A stretch of 16,039 bases of DNA from an uncultured bacterium (GTDB lineage: Bacteria > CAIJMQ01), in contig CAZNJA010000032.1 in the NCBI GenBank assembly GCA_964573245.1, positions 1-16,039 on the forward strand. Direction: 5' to 3'. The translations under genes were made by a program, and so were the position numbers. This document shows, one piece after another, positions 1 through 8,186 of the stretch. A model generated the notes under the pieces. That model did no database searches, was not told the DNA's origin, and worked only from the letters and a program-made list of their open reading frames with translations. The stretch's first letter is position 1, and every line of letters starts with the position of its first letter.

Positions 1-543
1 TACGTTTATATCGTTAGTAAAATCTACTGGTTGGAATATATAATGGGCTTCAGAAATTTCAATGTCTGGTCTCTCTATCTGAAAACTTTCAGCAGAAAGA
101 CTTACTTTTGCTCTTAAATCAGACAAGTGTCTGTATAATATTTTTTGCGTTTCTTCCTGAACAAACTCGAGCGATTGCAGTCTTTGGGTATATGTGTAGA
201 AAAGACCACTTAAAAAAATTAGTGTCGCCAGCAAAACCCCATTAAAAATAACTGCAAGTCTTGGCAGAGCAAAATTAAGTAATTGCCTGCTTTCGTCTGG
301 ATATAAATTTACACTCTCTTCCAATTCGTTTTTCAACCTGTCCCAGTAGCCCGCGAAATATTCTTTGGAAGGTTTTTCTTTTATCTTTAGTTTTATAAGG
401 TTATCTATTTTTGCCATATTCTTAAAATAATCCGCGCAATCCGAGCACTCATCAAGATGTTTTTTGACTTCATCTTTGACGGTTATATCCAAAGAATTAT
501 CCGAATAGCCCGATAACAATTTTTTTATTTTATTGCATCTCAT
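1..543 (-). CDS. Zinc-binding (ZAS/zf-HC2) transmembrane anti-sigma factor, 3' end runs off the window
   Basis: Not in the ORF track; translated by hand from ATG at 543: MRCNKIKKLLSGYSDNSLDITVKDEVKKHLDECSDC (HxxxCxxC motif), then a hydrophobic helix LAVIFNGVLLATLIFLSGLFYTY. The frame stays open to base 1. GGAGG SD upstream; lies directly downstream of the ECF sigma gene. Confidence 0.88.
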   Translation of the reverse strand, partial: MRCNKIKKLLSGYSDNSLDITVKDEVKKHLDECSDCADYFKNMAKIDNLIKLKIKEKPSKEYFAGYWDRLKNELEESVNLYPDESRQLLNFALPRLAVIFNGVLLATLIFLSGLFYTYTQRLQSLEFVQEETQKILYRHLSDLRAKVSLSAESFQIERPDIEISEAHYIFQPVDFTNDINV

Positions 544-561
544 TTTTTCTTCCTCCGTATA

Positions 562-1125
562 TTAGACAAATAAACTTAGTTTTTCTTTGAGTTTTTTTCT
601 TGCCTGGAACAGACGCCAGGATACTGTCTTCTCCCTGCAGCCCAAAATCTGGGCTATTTGTTTATGCGGCAAGCCCTCCATAATTGCCAATTCCACAACG
701 GCTTTTTCCTTTACCGTCAGAGAATCTACGGCTTTTGTTATTTCCTCATGTAGTTGATGCTGCTCGGCGATTTTTTCGGGAGAATCAGGGCTATTCTCTA
801 TAGAAATATTTTTATCCAATTCAAACGGCTGGTTTTTGGAGAATTTTTTGAGATGATTGAACGTAACATTTATGGCTATTCTATACAACCATGTAAAAAA
901 GGAAGATTTTTCCCTGAAAGTTGCTATTGCTTTATACGCCCTGATGAAAGATTCCTGCGAAAGGTCGTCGGCGTCGGCATGGTTATTTGTCATTCTATAC
1001 ACCAAAAAATATATCTGCTCCTTATACCTATTAACCAACTCGCTGAAGGCATCTTTATCGCCCGTTTTTACCCTTTTTACAAGAACAGCATCTCGTTCTT
1101 TTGCCAAAACACGCTCCCGTGCCAT
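562..1125 (-). CDS. ECF-family RNA polymerase sigma factor (RpoE/SigW-like)
   Basis: 187 aa with region 2 motifs (GDKDAFSELV, DADDLSQESFIRAY, FFTWLYRIAIN) and region 4 HTH (GLPHKQIAQILGC...TVSWRLFQARKKL). Confidence 0.95.
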   Translation of the reverse strand: MARERVLAKERDAVLVKRVKTGDKDAFSELVNRYKEQIYFLVYRMTNNHADADDLSQESFIRAYKAIATFREKSSFFTWLYRIAINVTFNHLKKFSKNQPFELDKNISIENSPDSPEKIAEQHQLHEEITKAVDSLTVKEKAVVELAIMEGLPHKQIAQILGCREKTVSWRLFQARKKLKEKLSLFV

Positions 1126-1199
1126 TACCCCTTAGACAAATTACATACCCCAATCCTTTGGAAATAGTTTTTTTGAAAGCGGGTAGGAATAAACAGTGC

Positions 1200-2477
1200 T
1201 CATTCCAAAAACCTTATTTCTCCTCCAACTATCGTGCACATGGTTTTACCTTTGAACCGCCAACCTATAAACGGAGAGTTTTGTGATAGTGACTTGATAT
1301 CCTCGGTTCTGAATTGCCACTGTTTTTTAGAGTCAACAACTGTTATATCCGCATCTTCCCCGACTTTTATTTTGCCCTTATTTAATTTAAGTATTTTTGC
1401 GGGATTTACGGTAAGTTTTCCGACTGCTTCCGAAAGCGTGAGAACTTTCCTATCAACCAGTTGTTTCATGACAAGAGCAAAAGTTGTCTGCAACCCAAGC
1501 ATCCCAAACGGCGCATTTTCGTACTCAAATTCTTTTTCAGTAGAAAGATGCGGCGCGTGATCCGAAGCGATTATATCGATAGTCCCATCTCTCAAACCTT
1601 TTTCTATAGCTTTTATATCTTCCTTTGTTCTAAGCGGCGGATTCACTTTTGTATTCGTATCAAATGTTTTAACCACCTCTTCGGTTAATGTAAAGTGATG
1701 AGGTGTCACTTCACATGTAACTTTTACGCCTCTTTTTTTCGCAGAACGAATAAACTCTACGGAACGTTTTGTAGAGACATGACAAATATGCAGTTTTGCA
1801 TCTGTTAGTTCCGCAAGCATTAAATCTCTTGCGACCATTGTTTCCTCGGATTCTTTAGGTATGCCGGGAAGCCCCAAAACAGTAGAAGTATAACCCTCGT
1901 TCATGCTTCCGCCGGCTGATAAACTTTCATCTTCGCAGTGGCTTACTATTGGAACATCAAGCATAAGCGAATATTCCATTGCCCGCCGCATCAAAAGCGA
2001 ATCCCGAACACCGTTGCCGTCATCCGAGAAACCGACAGCGCCTAAACTCGCAAGTTCTGCCATTTCAGAAAGCGTTTCGCCCTTTCTTTCTTTTGTTATC
2101 GCGGCAAACGGATAAACATTGCAACGCGCTTTTTTCGCTTTTTCCAGAACAAATTCCAATGTGGAAGCATTATCTATTGCTGGGGTGGTGTTCGGCATAC
2201 AACAGATACTCGTAAATCCCCCGTGGACTGCGGCGATACTGCCTGAAAGAATAGTTTCAACGTTCTCCCTGCCAGGTTCGCGAAGATGCGTATGCATATC
2301 TATTAAACCCGGAAGGACTATTTTACCCTTTGCATCCAAAACCTTTGCACCGCTTGCTTTTAAATTTGCCCCGATTTTTGAAATTTTCCCGCCTTTGATA
2401 AAAACATCCAAAACTTTATCTATTTTGGAAGCCGGGTCAATTAACCTGCCGTTTTTTATTAAAATTGTCTTGCTCAT
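1200..2477 (-). CDS. pyrC: Dihydroorotase (type I)
   Basis: PGLIDMHTHLREPG, CCMPNTTP, KVNPPLR and IASDHAPH motifs; follows pyrB. Confidence 0.97.
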   Translation of the reverse strand: MSKTILIKNGRLIDPASKIDKVLDVFIKGGKISKIGANLKASGAKVLDAKGKIVLPGLIDMHTHLREPGRENVETILSGSIAAVHGGFTSICCMPNTTPAIDNASTLEFVLEKAKKARCNVYPFAAITKERKGETLSEMAELASLGAVGFSDDGNGVRDSLLMRRAMEYSLMLDVPIVSHCEDESLSAGGSMNEGYTSTVLGLPGIPKESEETMVARDLMLAELTDAKLHICHVSTKRSVEFIRSAKKRGVKVTCEVTPHHFTLTEEVVKTFDTNTKVNPPLRTKEDIKAIEKGLRDGTIDIIASDHAPHLSTEKEFEYENAPFGMLGLQTTFALVMKQLVDRKVLTLSEAVGKLTVNPAKILKLNKGKIKVGEDADITVVDSKKQWQFRTEDIKSLSQNSPFIGWRFKGKTMCTIVGGEIRFLE

Positions 2478-2484
2478 GTTTTAC

Positions 2485-3411
2485 TCATTCCTTCTTACCT
2501 CCAAGTAAAATATAAAGGATAGCCATTCTGACAGCCACGCCATTTGTCACCTGTTCCAATATAACCGAATATTTGCTGTCTGCAACTTCAGGGTCTATTT
2601 CAACGCCTCTGTTTATAGGGCCAGGATGCATAACAATAATATCTTTCTTCGCTTTTTTCAATCGGTCCATAGTAATGCCGAAAAATTGTCTATATTCTCT
2701 CATTGAAGGGAAAAAGCTGCCGCGTTGTCTTTCCGTCTGAATACGCAAAGCCATAATCGCATCGACTTCTTTTATTATATCGTCGAGGGAACTAAATATT
2801 TCTACCCCTGCATTTTTCAAATATGGCGGAATAAAGGTGGGCGGAGCCACTATATAAACTTCCGCTCCCATTTTTGTAAGCCCCCAGATATTGGAGCGGG
2901 CAACACGCGAAAAACGCACATCTCCCACAAGCGCGACTTTTAAGTTTTTAAGCGTCCCCTTTCTTTCTCTTATCGTGAACATGTCAAGAAGCGCCTGTGT
3001 GGGGTGCTCGTGTGCGCCGTCGCCGGCGTTTATTACGGGGACGGAAAGTTTTTTAGCCAATAAATGTGGTGTGCCTGCGCCGGAATGCCTCACTATCACA
3101 GCATCGATTTTCATTGCTTCAATATTAAGCGCGGTATCAAGTAATGTTTCGTTTTTTTGAACGGATGAGCCGTTTGTGGAAAAACTCACGGTGTCGGCAG
3201 AAAGCCGTTTTTCCGCGAGTTCGAAAGATATACGTGTTCGTGTCGAGGGCTCAAAAAAAAGGTTGACTATCGTTTTGCCGCGAAGCGTCGGGACTTTTTT
3301 GATTGGACGTTTCAGAATTTCTTTAAAAGAGACGGAAGCATCTAAAATATGAATAATTTCATCAGGTGTAAGTTCTTCAATGCCAAGAAGGTCTTTTCTC
3401 TTCCAGTTCAT
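2485..3411 (-). CDS. pyrB: Aspartate carbamoyltransferase catalytic subunit
   Basis: FFEPSTRTRISFE, INAGDGAHEHPTQALLD and MHPGPINRGVEI motifs. Confidence 0.98.
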   Translation of the reverse strand: MNWKRKDLLGIEELTPDEIIHILDASVSFKEILKRPIKKVPTLRGKTIVNLFFEPSTRTRISFELAEKRLSADTVSFSTNGSSVQKNETLLDTALNIEAMKIDAVIVRHSGAGTPHLLAKKLSVPVINAGDGAHEHPTQALLDMFTIRERKGTLKNLKVALVGDVRFSRVARSNIWGLTKMGAEVYIVAPPTFIPPYLKNAGVEIFSSLDDIIKEVDAIMALRIQTERQRGSFFPSMREYRQFFGITMDRLKKAKKDIIVMHPGPINRGVEIDPEVADSKYSVILEQVTNGVAVRMAILYILLGGKKE

Positions 3412-3965
3412 CGGTTTCTTGTTATCATTATTCCTTCTTTTCCGTCCAACTCTTTCAATTTTACTTCTACGATTTCGTTACTGCCTACGGCCATTTTCTC
3501 AACCGCATAATCGGGCTGTATCGGAAGTTCCCTACCATCTCTGTCAATCAAAACCGCAAGCCGTATGGATGCAGGCCTGCCAAAATCCATAAGGGCATCC
3601 ATAGCCGCTCTTATAGTCCTTCCCGTAAAGAGAACATCGTCGACAAGTATAACATTTTTCCCCGTAATATCGAAATCTATTTTAGTTTCGCGCACTAAAG
3701 GTTCGGGACCAACAGAAGTAAAATCGTCTCTGTAAAGATTAATGTCCAAAAACCCCAAAGGAATGGCAAGTCCGGACGTTTTCCTAATCTCTTCTGCAAG
3801 TCTCTGTGCAAGAATATCACCCCTACACCTTATTCCTACTATCGCGAGATTAGAATGTCCTGCCTCAACAATCTGTTTGGCTATTTCCTTCCATGATTTT
3901 GCTAATTCCTGCTCTTCCATTAAGATTTTAGCAACCATTTGGGGGAAAATATCAGAATTAGCCAT
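3408..3965 (-). CDS. pyrR: Bifunctional pyr operon regulator / uracil phosphoribosyltransferase
   Basis: LDINLYRDD, VILVDDVLFTGRTIRAAMDAL and RELPIQPDY motifs. Start moved from 4031 to ATG 3965, which has an AAGGAG SD. 4 bp ATGA overlap with pyrB. Confidence 0.95.
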   Translation of the reverse strand: MANSDIFPQMVAKILMEEQELAKSWKEIAKQIVEAGHSNLAIVGIRCRGDILAQRLAEEIRKTSGLAIPLGFLDINLYRDDFTSVGPEPLVRETKIDFDITGKNVILVDDVLFTGRTIRAAMDALMDFGRPASIRLAVLIDRDGRELPIQPDYAVEKMAVGSNEIVEVKLKELDGKEGIMITRNR

Positions 3966-4077
3966 AATAGTCAACTCCTTTAATTCATAAACAAGGCATA
4001 ACAAGAACAACAAAAGCGAATTACCATTCATAAGTTCATTATGAATTTTACGGGGGCAAATCGAATTACTTGTCAGG

Positions 4078-4106
4078 TTGACTGTAAAACTTAAAGATGT
4101 TATGCT
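4078..4106 (+). promoter_or_regulatory. Sigma70-type promoter for tRNA-Asn
   Basis: TTGACT, 17 bp spacer, TATGCT with extended -10 TG, about 30 bp upstream of the tRNA. Confidence 0.7.
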
Positions 4107-4134
4107 TGCCTGCTCTTTGGCAAAGAAAATTATT

Positions 4135-4207
4135 TCCCCGGTAGCTCAACCGGTAGAGCGGGTGGCTGTTAACCACTAGGTCGGGGGTTCGAATCCCTCC
4201 CGGGGAG
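4135..4207 (+). tRNA. tRNA-Asn (GTT)
   Basis: Acceptor stem TCCCCGG/CCGGGGA, D arm GCTC...GAGC, anticodon loop CTGTTAA, T loop GTTCGAATC, discriminator G. CCA is not encoded (CTA follows). Confidence 0.97.
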
Positions 4208-4227
4208 CTAAAGAAAAAAACCTTTTT

Positions 4228-4266
4228 AAAAACCCTTTGTGGTAAAATACAGGGGGTTTTTATTTT
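4228..4266 (+). terminator. Probable intrinsic terminator after tRNA-Asn
   Basis: AAAACCCTTTGT-ggtaaaat-ACAGGGGGTTTT stem (two G-U pairs) followed by a T-rich tract. Confidence 0.6.
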
Positions 4267-4298
4267 AAATAACAGGATAAAAATAATAAGGGAGTTGA

Positions 4299-4646
4299 AT
4301 GTCCATAATAAAAGAATTTAAGGAATTTGCCGTAAAAGGCAACGCGATAGATATGGCAGTAGGTATTATTATCGGAGCGTCTTTTGGTAAAATGGTCAGC
4401 TCTTTAGTGAACGATATAGTCATGCCGCCCTTGGGAATATTAATTGGAGGTGTCGATTTTAAAAACCTGCGAATAATTTTAAAAGAAGCGACTATGAACA
4501 CCCCTGCTGTTACTCTTAATTACGGACAATTCATAAATACACTGCTTGATTTTTTCATTATAGCGGTTTCTGTATTTTTGATGGTTAAAGTCATCAATAG
4601 ATTAAAAAGAAAGCAAGTTCCAGCAAAAAAACAATCTGATAAATGA
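4299..4646 (+). CDS. mscL: Large-conductance mechanosensitive channel
   Basis: [41 protein letters not shown] and [22 protein letters not shown]. Confidence 0.97.
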   Translation: MSIIKEFKEFAVKGNAIDMAVGIIIGASFGKMVSSLVNDIVMPPLGILIGGVDFKNLRIILKEATMNTPAVTLNYGQFINTLLDFFIIAVSVFLMVKVINRLKRKQVPAKKQSDK

Positions 4647-6043
4647 CAAAAGTTAAATTTTTAGGCGCTGTCGGGGATGTAACAGGCTCAAGATTTGTCC
4701 TGGAGAACGATAAGTCACGGGTTTTAATAGACTGTGGCCTATATCAGGGAAGAGGTTCTCGTGTCCGCAATTGGGAAAAATTTCCGATAGAACCCTCAAG
4801 TATAAATAGTGTAATTATTACACATGCACACCTTGACCATTGCGGGTATCTGCCAAAACTAGTAAAAGAAGGTTTCAACGGTAAAATCTTCTGTACTCCA
4901 CCTACCGCAGCAATTACACAAATCACTCTTTTAGATTCCGCGAAAATACAGGAAGAAGATGCCGAACACAAGAAAAGGAGGCATGAGAGAGAAGGCAGAA
5001 AAGGTCCATATCCAGAGGTTCCGCTCTACACAGTTGAAGATGCAGAAAATGTTTTTCCTCTACTTGAAACCGTTGCGTACAAAAACGAAATCCAAATTAC
5101 TCCAGATATAAAAGCAACTTTTTATGATGCGGGGCACATTCTCGGCTCAGCAATGATTGAGCTAAAATTTAATAATAACAGCAAAGAAAGTACGGTCATC
5201 TTTTCAGGAGATATAGGAAGGTGGGAGAAACCTCTCCTTTGTGACCCGACTCTATTTGAGACAGCAGATTATGTTTTTATGGAAACAACATACGGAGATA
5301 GGCTTCATGAGGATAAAGGCCCCTCTGTAGAAAAATTTAAGCGGATAATATTAGAAACTAAAAACAAAGAAGGCAAAATTATTGTGCCAACATTCGCAAT
5401 TGAAAGGGCACAGGAACTTCTTTTTTACCTGAGCAGTTTATTCAGAGAAAATCAGATCCCTTCTATTCCGATTTTTGTTGATAGCCCAATGGCTATAAAT
5501 GTTACTGAAGTTTTCAAAAATTATACTGACTATTTTGATGAGGAAACGCAGAATCTTATTAAAAAAGGTGAGTCTCCTTTTAATTTTCCGTCTCTTAACA
5601 CGACAAGGTTAAGTAACGAGTCAAAAGAAATAAATAATGTCAAAGGTACCGCAATTATAATGGCAGGTTCAGGTATGTGCACCGGAGGTAGAATAAAATA
5701 TCATCTTGTTAATAATATCCAAAGACAGGAAAGTACTATACTTTTCGTGGGATATCAAGCGCAGGGGACTTTGGGCAGGGAAATACTAGAAAGACCTGAA
5801 TCCGTAAGAATACTCGGAAGAACTCATCCTGTTAAAGCAAGGATAGAGAAAATAAATGGGTTTTCTGCACATGCCGATAGAGATGAACTCCTAAAATGGG
5901 TTTCTAGTTTTAAAAAGGCCCCTAAGAAAATATTCCTTCTTCATGGAGAAAAAGAGGTAACTGCAAGCTTCGCTTCGTTTTTAAAAGAAAAGTTGAAAAG
6001 CCAAATTATAGTTCCGGAATATCTGCAGGAACATGAATTATAA
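4643..6043 (+). CDS. Metallo-beta-lactamase/beta-CASP family ribonuclease (YSH1-like)
   Basis: [54 protein letters not shown] and FSAHADR motifs. Confidence 0.94.
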   Translation: MTKVKFLGAVGDVTGSRFVLENDKSRVLIDCGLYQGRGSRVRNWEKFPIEPSSINSVIITHAHLDHCGYLPKLVKEGFNGKIFCTPPTAAITQITLLDSAKIQEEDAEHKKRRHEREGRKGPYPEVPLYTVEDAENVFPLLETVAYKNEIQITPDIKATFYDAGHILGSAMIELKFNNNSKESTVIFSGDIGRWEKPLLCDPTLFETADYVFMETTYGDRLHEDKGPSVEKFKRIILETKNKEGKIIVPTFAIERAQELLFYLSSLFRENQIPSIPIFVDSPMAINVTEVFKNYTDYFDEETQNLIKKGESPFNFPSLNTTRLSNESKEINNVKGTAIIMAGSGMCTGGRIKYHLVNNIQRQESTILFVGYQAQGTLGREILERPESVRILGRTHPVKARIEKINGFSAHADRDELLKWVSSFKKAPKKIFLLHGEKEVTASFASFLKEKLKSQIIVPEYLQEHEL

Positions 6044-6533
6044 CCAGACAAACCACAAAGAGGAATCAACACGAGAAGAAATAGAAAAAGCCAAAACGTC
6101 CGCTTTTAAACTGCTTTCTTATCGCATCAGAACTTGCAAGGAAATTTCCGACAAATTAAAAGAGAAAAGTTTTTCGCAGAAGACTATTGTCGCAGTCATC
6201 AAAGATTTAAAAAGAATAGACTACTTAAACGATTACAAATTCGCAAAAGAATTCATCGAAAGCCGCCTGAGCCATAATCCGAAAGGCAAAAGGCTTCTGC
6301 GCCACGAATTGTTGAAAAAAGGAATAGAGGAAAACATCCTAGACGAATTGTTGCGCGAACAAATGCCCGAACGAAAAGAAGAAGATATTGCCCAAACTTT
6401 AGCCGAAAAAATCTGGCAGAGAAAAAAGAACATAGAAATAAATAAAAGAAAAGCCCAAGTTTATAATTATTTGATGAGAAGAGGTTTTAACGGTTCGTGT
6501 GTGACGAAAATATTGAGGAAATTGTCTGTCTGA
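6033..6533 (+). CDS. recX: Regulatory protein RecX
   Basis: AFKLLSYRIRTCKEI, YLNDYKFA, KGKRLLRHELLKKGI and YLMRRGF motifs. Confidence 0.9.
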   Translation: MNYNQTNHKEESTREEIEKAKTSAFKLLSYRIRTCKEISDKLKEKSFSQKTIVAVIKDLKRIDYLNDYKFAKEFIESRLSHNPKGKRLLRHELLKKGIEENILDELLREQMPERKEEDIAQTLAEKIWQRKKNIEINKRKAQVYNYLMRRGFNGSCVTKILRKLSV

Positions 6534-6535
6534 AT

Positions 6536-7477
6536 TCAAGATAGAAAAAGTGAGGCGCACGAGATAATTCCCGCATCTTTGCCTAATTTTGCCGGGATAA
6601 CTTTTACGTCTTTTGCAAGAAGAGAAAAACTTCTTTCGTCTATAGTTTTCTTTATTGTTGAGAATAAAATATTCCCAACCTGTGCGATTCCACCACCAAT
6701 GATAATGACTTGAGGATTAAGCAAATTCACAAGCCCGCTGAAGAAAGCCCCCAAGTAATTTCCGATTTCCAGCCAGACTTCTTCCGCCAATTCATCGCCC
6801 CTGCGGTAAGCATCCGAAATCGTTTTAGGCGTAATTTTAGCCAAATTTCCGCCGACAATTCCTCTTATCAAAGATTCCCTTCCTTTTAGCTTCTTTTTAG
6901 CTGTTTCAACGATATATTTCGCGCCAACATAACGCTCTATACATCCGATATTCCCGCAATTGCATTTAGGACCTTTATAACAAATCGGGATATGCCCCAT
7001 TTCGACCGCGGAGTACTTATTACCTCTAAGCAGTTTCCCGTCTAATATAACCCCGCCGCCTACGCCTGTGCCAAGCGTGATACAAATGATATTTTTAAAG
7101 CCTTTTCCTGCGCCGAATTTATATTCTCCCCACGCAAACGCTTTGGCATCGTTTTCTACTTTAACGGGAATAGAAAATTTTTCTTCAACGATTTTTTTAA
7201 GATTCAAATTATCCCAGTCGGGTAAATTAGGCGCAAGAAAAACTTTTCCGTTTTTATCAACCAATCCGGGAGTCCCAATCCCTATGCCGAGAATCTCTTT
7301 TTTAGGATAAATTTTTAAAAAATAATCTATGCTCTCAACCATAACTTGCAGAATCTTTTCTCTTCCCTTGCCTTGAGGAGTAGGAATTTCTTTTTTGTTT
7401 AAGATTTTGCCTTTTTCCGTGACAACTCCAACCTTTATAAAAGTTCCGCCTAAATCCAATCCGACAATTTTTTTCAT
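6536..7477 (-). CDS. ROK family sugar kinase (glucokinase-like)
   Basis: GLDLGGT, GIGTPG, VENDA, TLGTGVGGG and EMGH...CNCGNIGCIE zinc motif; no N-terminal HTH. Confidence 0.93.
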   Translation of the reverse strand: MKKIVGLDLGGTFIKVGVVTEKGKILNKKEIPTPQGKGREKILQVMVESIDYFLKIYPKKEILGIGIGTPGLVDKNGKVFLAPNLPDWDNLNLKKIVEEKFSIPVKVENDAKAFAWGEYKFGAGKGFKNIICITLGTGVGGGVILDGKLLRGNKYSAVEMGHIPICYKGPKCNCGNIGCIERYVGAKYIVETAKKKLKGRESLIRGIVGGNLAKITPKTISDAYRRGDELAEEVWLEIGNYLGAFFSGLVNLLNPQVIIIGGGIAQVGNILFSTIKKTIDERSFSLLAKDVKVIPAKLGKDAGIISCASLFLS

Positions 7478-7490
7478 AGTTATTAAAGTG

Positions 7491-8054
7491 TTATTCCAGG
7501 TTTGTGTGATTTTTATGAAGAGTCTCCGCCGGAATATTTTTTGTTTTTTGAATAATAATCGCCATAGTATCGCAGAATATCAAAAGACACTGCTCGAAAA
7601 GACTGCCAAGCTGCTGAAAGTTTGTTGTTTCCTTTGGATAAGCGCCTTTCGAAGGAGCAGGAATATAAATTACCAAGTCCGAAATTTTGGCGATAGAGGA
7701 ACTTCGCTCGGCCGTGATTAAAGCGATTTTCATTCCGATTTCTTTCGCTTTTTTGGCAATGCTTGCGGGAAAAATGCTTTCCCCCGAACCGGAAGCGGCA
7801 ATAAGCAGGTCGCCGTTGGAAGCAGGCGGCTGTAGAATTTCTCCCGCGATATAAGCATTTAAACCGAGATGTCTTAAACGCTGCGCGAAAGATTCTATAA
7901 TTAACTTGCTTCTGCCAGAACCAACCACAAAAATTTTTTTGGCGGAAATAATTGCGTCAACAAAAACATCGGTTTTTTCTACCTTATCCAACGTTAAGCC
8001 AACCGATTCTATTATTTTCTTCTTTATTTCTGAAAAGTCCATTGTTTTTTTCAT
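7491..8054 (-). CDS. SIS-domain sugar-phosphate isomerase, 6-phospho-3-hexuloisomerase (PHI/HxlB)-like
   Basis: IFVVGSGRS, FAQRLRHLG, SGSGES, LGSLFEQ and the C-terminal HTNLE typical of PHI. Confidence 0.88.
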   Translation of the reverse strand: MKKTMDFSEIKKKIIESVGLTLDKVEKTDVFVDAIISAKKIFVVGSGRSKLIIESFAQRLRHLGLNAYIAGEILQPPASNGDLLIAASGSGESIFPASIAKKAKEIGMKIALITAERSSSIAKISDLVIYIPAPSKGAYPKETTNFQQLGSLFEQCLLIFCDTMAIIIQKTKNIPAETLHKNHTNLE

Positions 8055-8076
8055 TTTACCACATTAAAATAGCTAT

Positions 8077-8105
8077 TTGACACTCTTTATTGCCTTTGAT
8101 ATGCT
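8077..8105 (+). promoter_or_regulatory. Sigma70-type promoter upstream of the diguanylate cyclase
   Basis: Perfect TTGACA, 17 bp spacer, TATGCT with extended -10 TG; same -10 as the tRNA promoter. Confidence 0.7.
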
Positions 8106-8129
8106 TTTCTTCTCTCAAAGAGGAGACGT

Positions 8130-8186
8130 ATGAATCATTACATTAACCCTGCCGGTTATATATTCCAAAAATTCTTTAGAATCTAA
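8130..8186 (+). CDS. Putative 18-aa leader ORF in frame with the diguanylate cyclase
   Basis: GAGGAG SD before ATG; MNHYINPAGYIFQKFFRI; its TAA abuts the ATG at 8187. Confidence 0.4.
   Translation: MNHYINPAGYIFQKFFRI

Noticed and set aside
754-3990. Many short plus-strand ORFs opposite the sigma and pyr genes
   Set aside because: Fully overlap well-supported minus-strand genes and show no family motifs.
3966-4031. Hydrophobic N-terminal extension of PyrR
   Set aside because: Artefact of longest-ORF calling; ATG 3965 has a clear AAGGAG SD.
4135-6533. Genomic island integrated at tRNA-Asn
   Set aside because: No integrase and no duplicated tRNA 3' end seen in the window.
8108-8126. Hairpin TCTTCTCT-caa-AGAGGAGA sequestering the SD (thermometer or riboswitch)
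   Set aside because: The predicted transcription start (~8112) falls inside the 5' arm, so the full stem is probably not transcribed, and there is no room for an aptamer.
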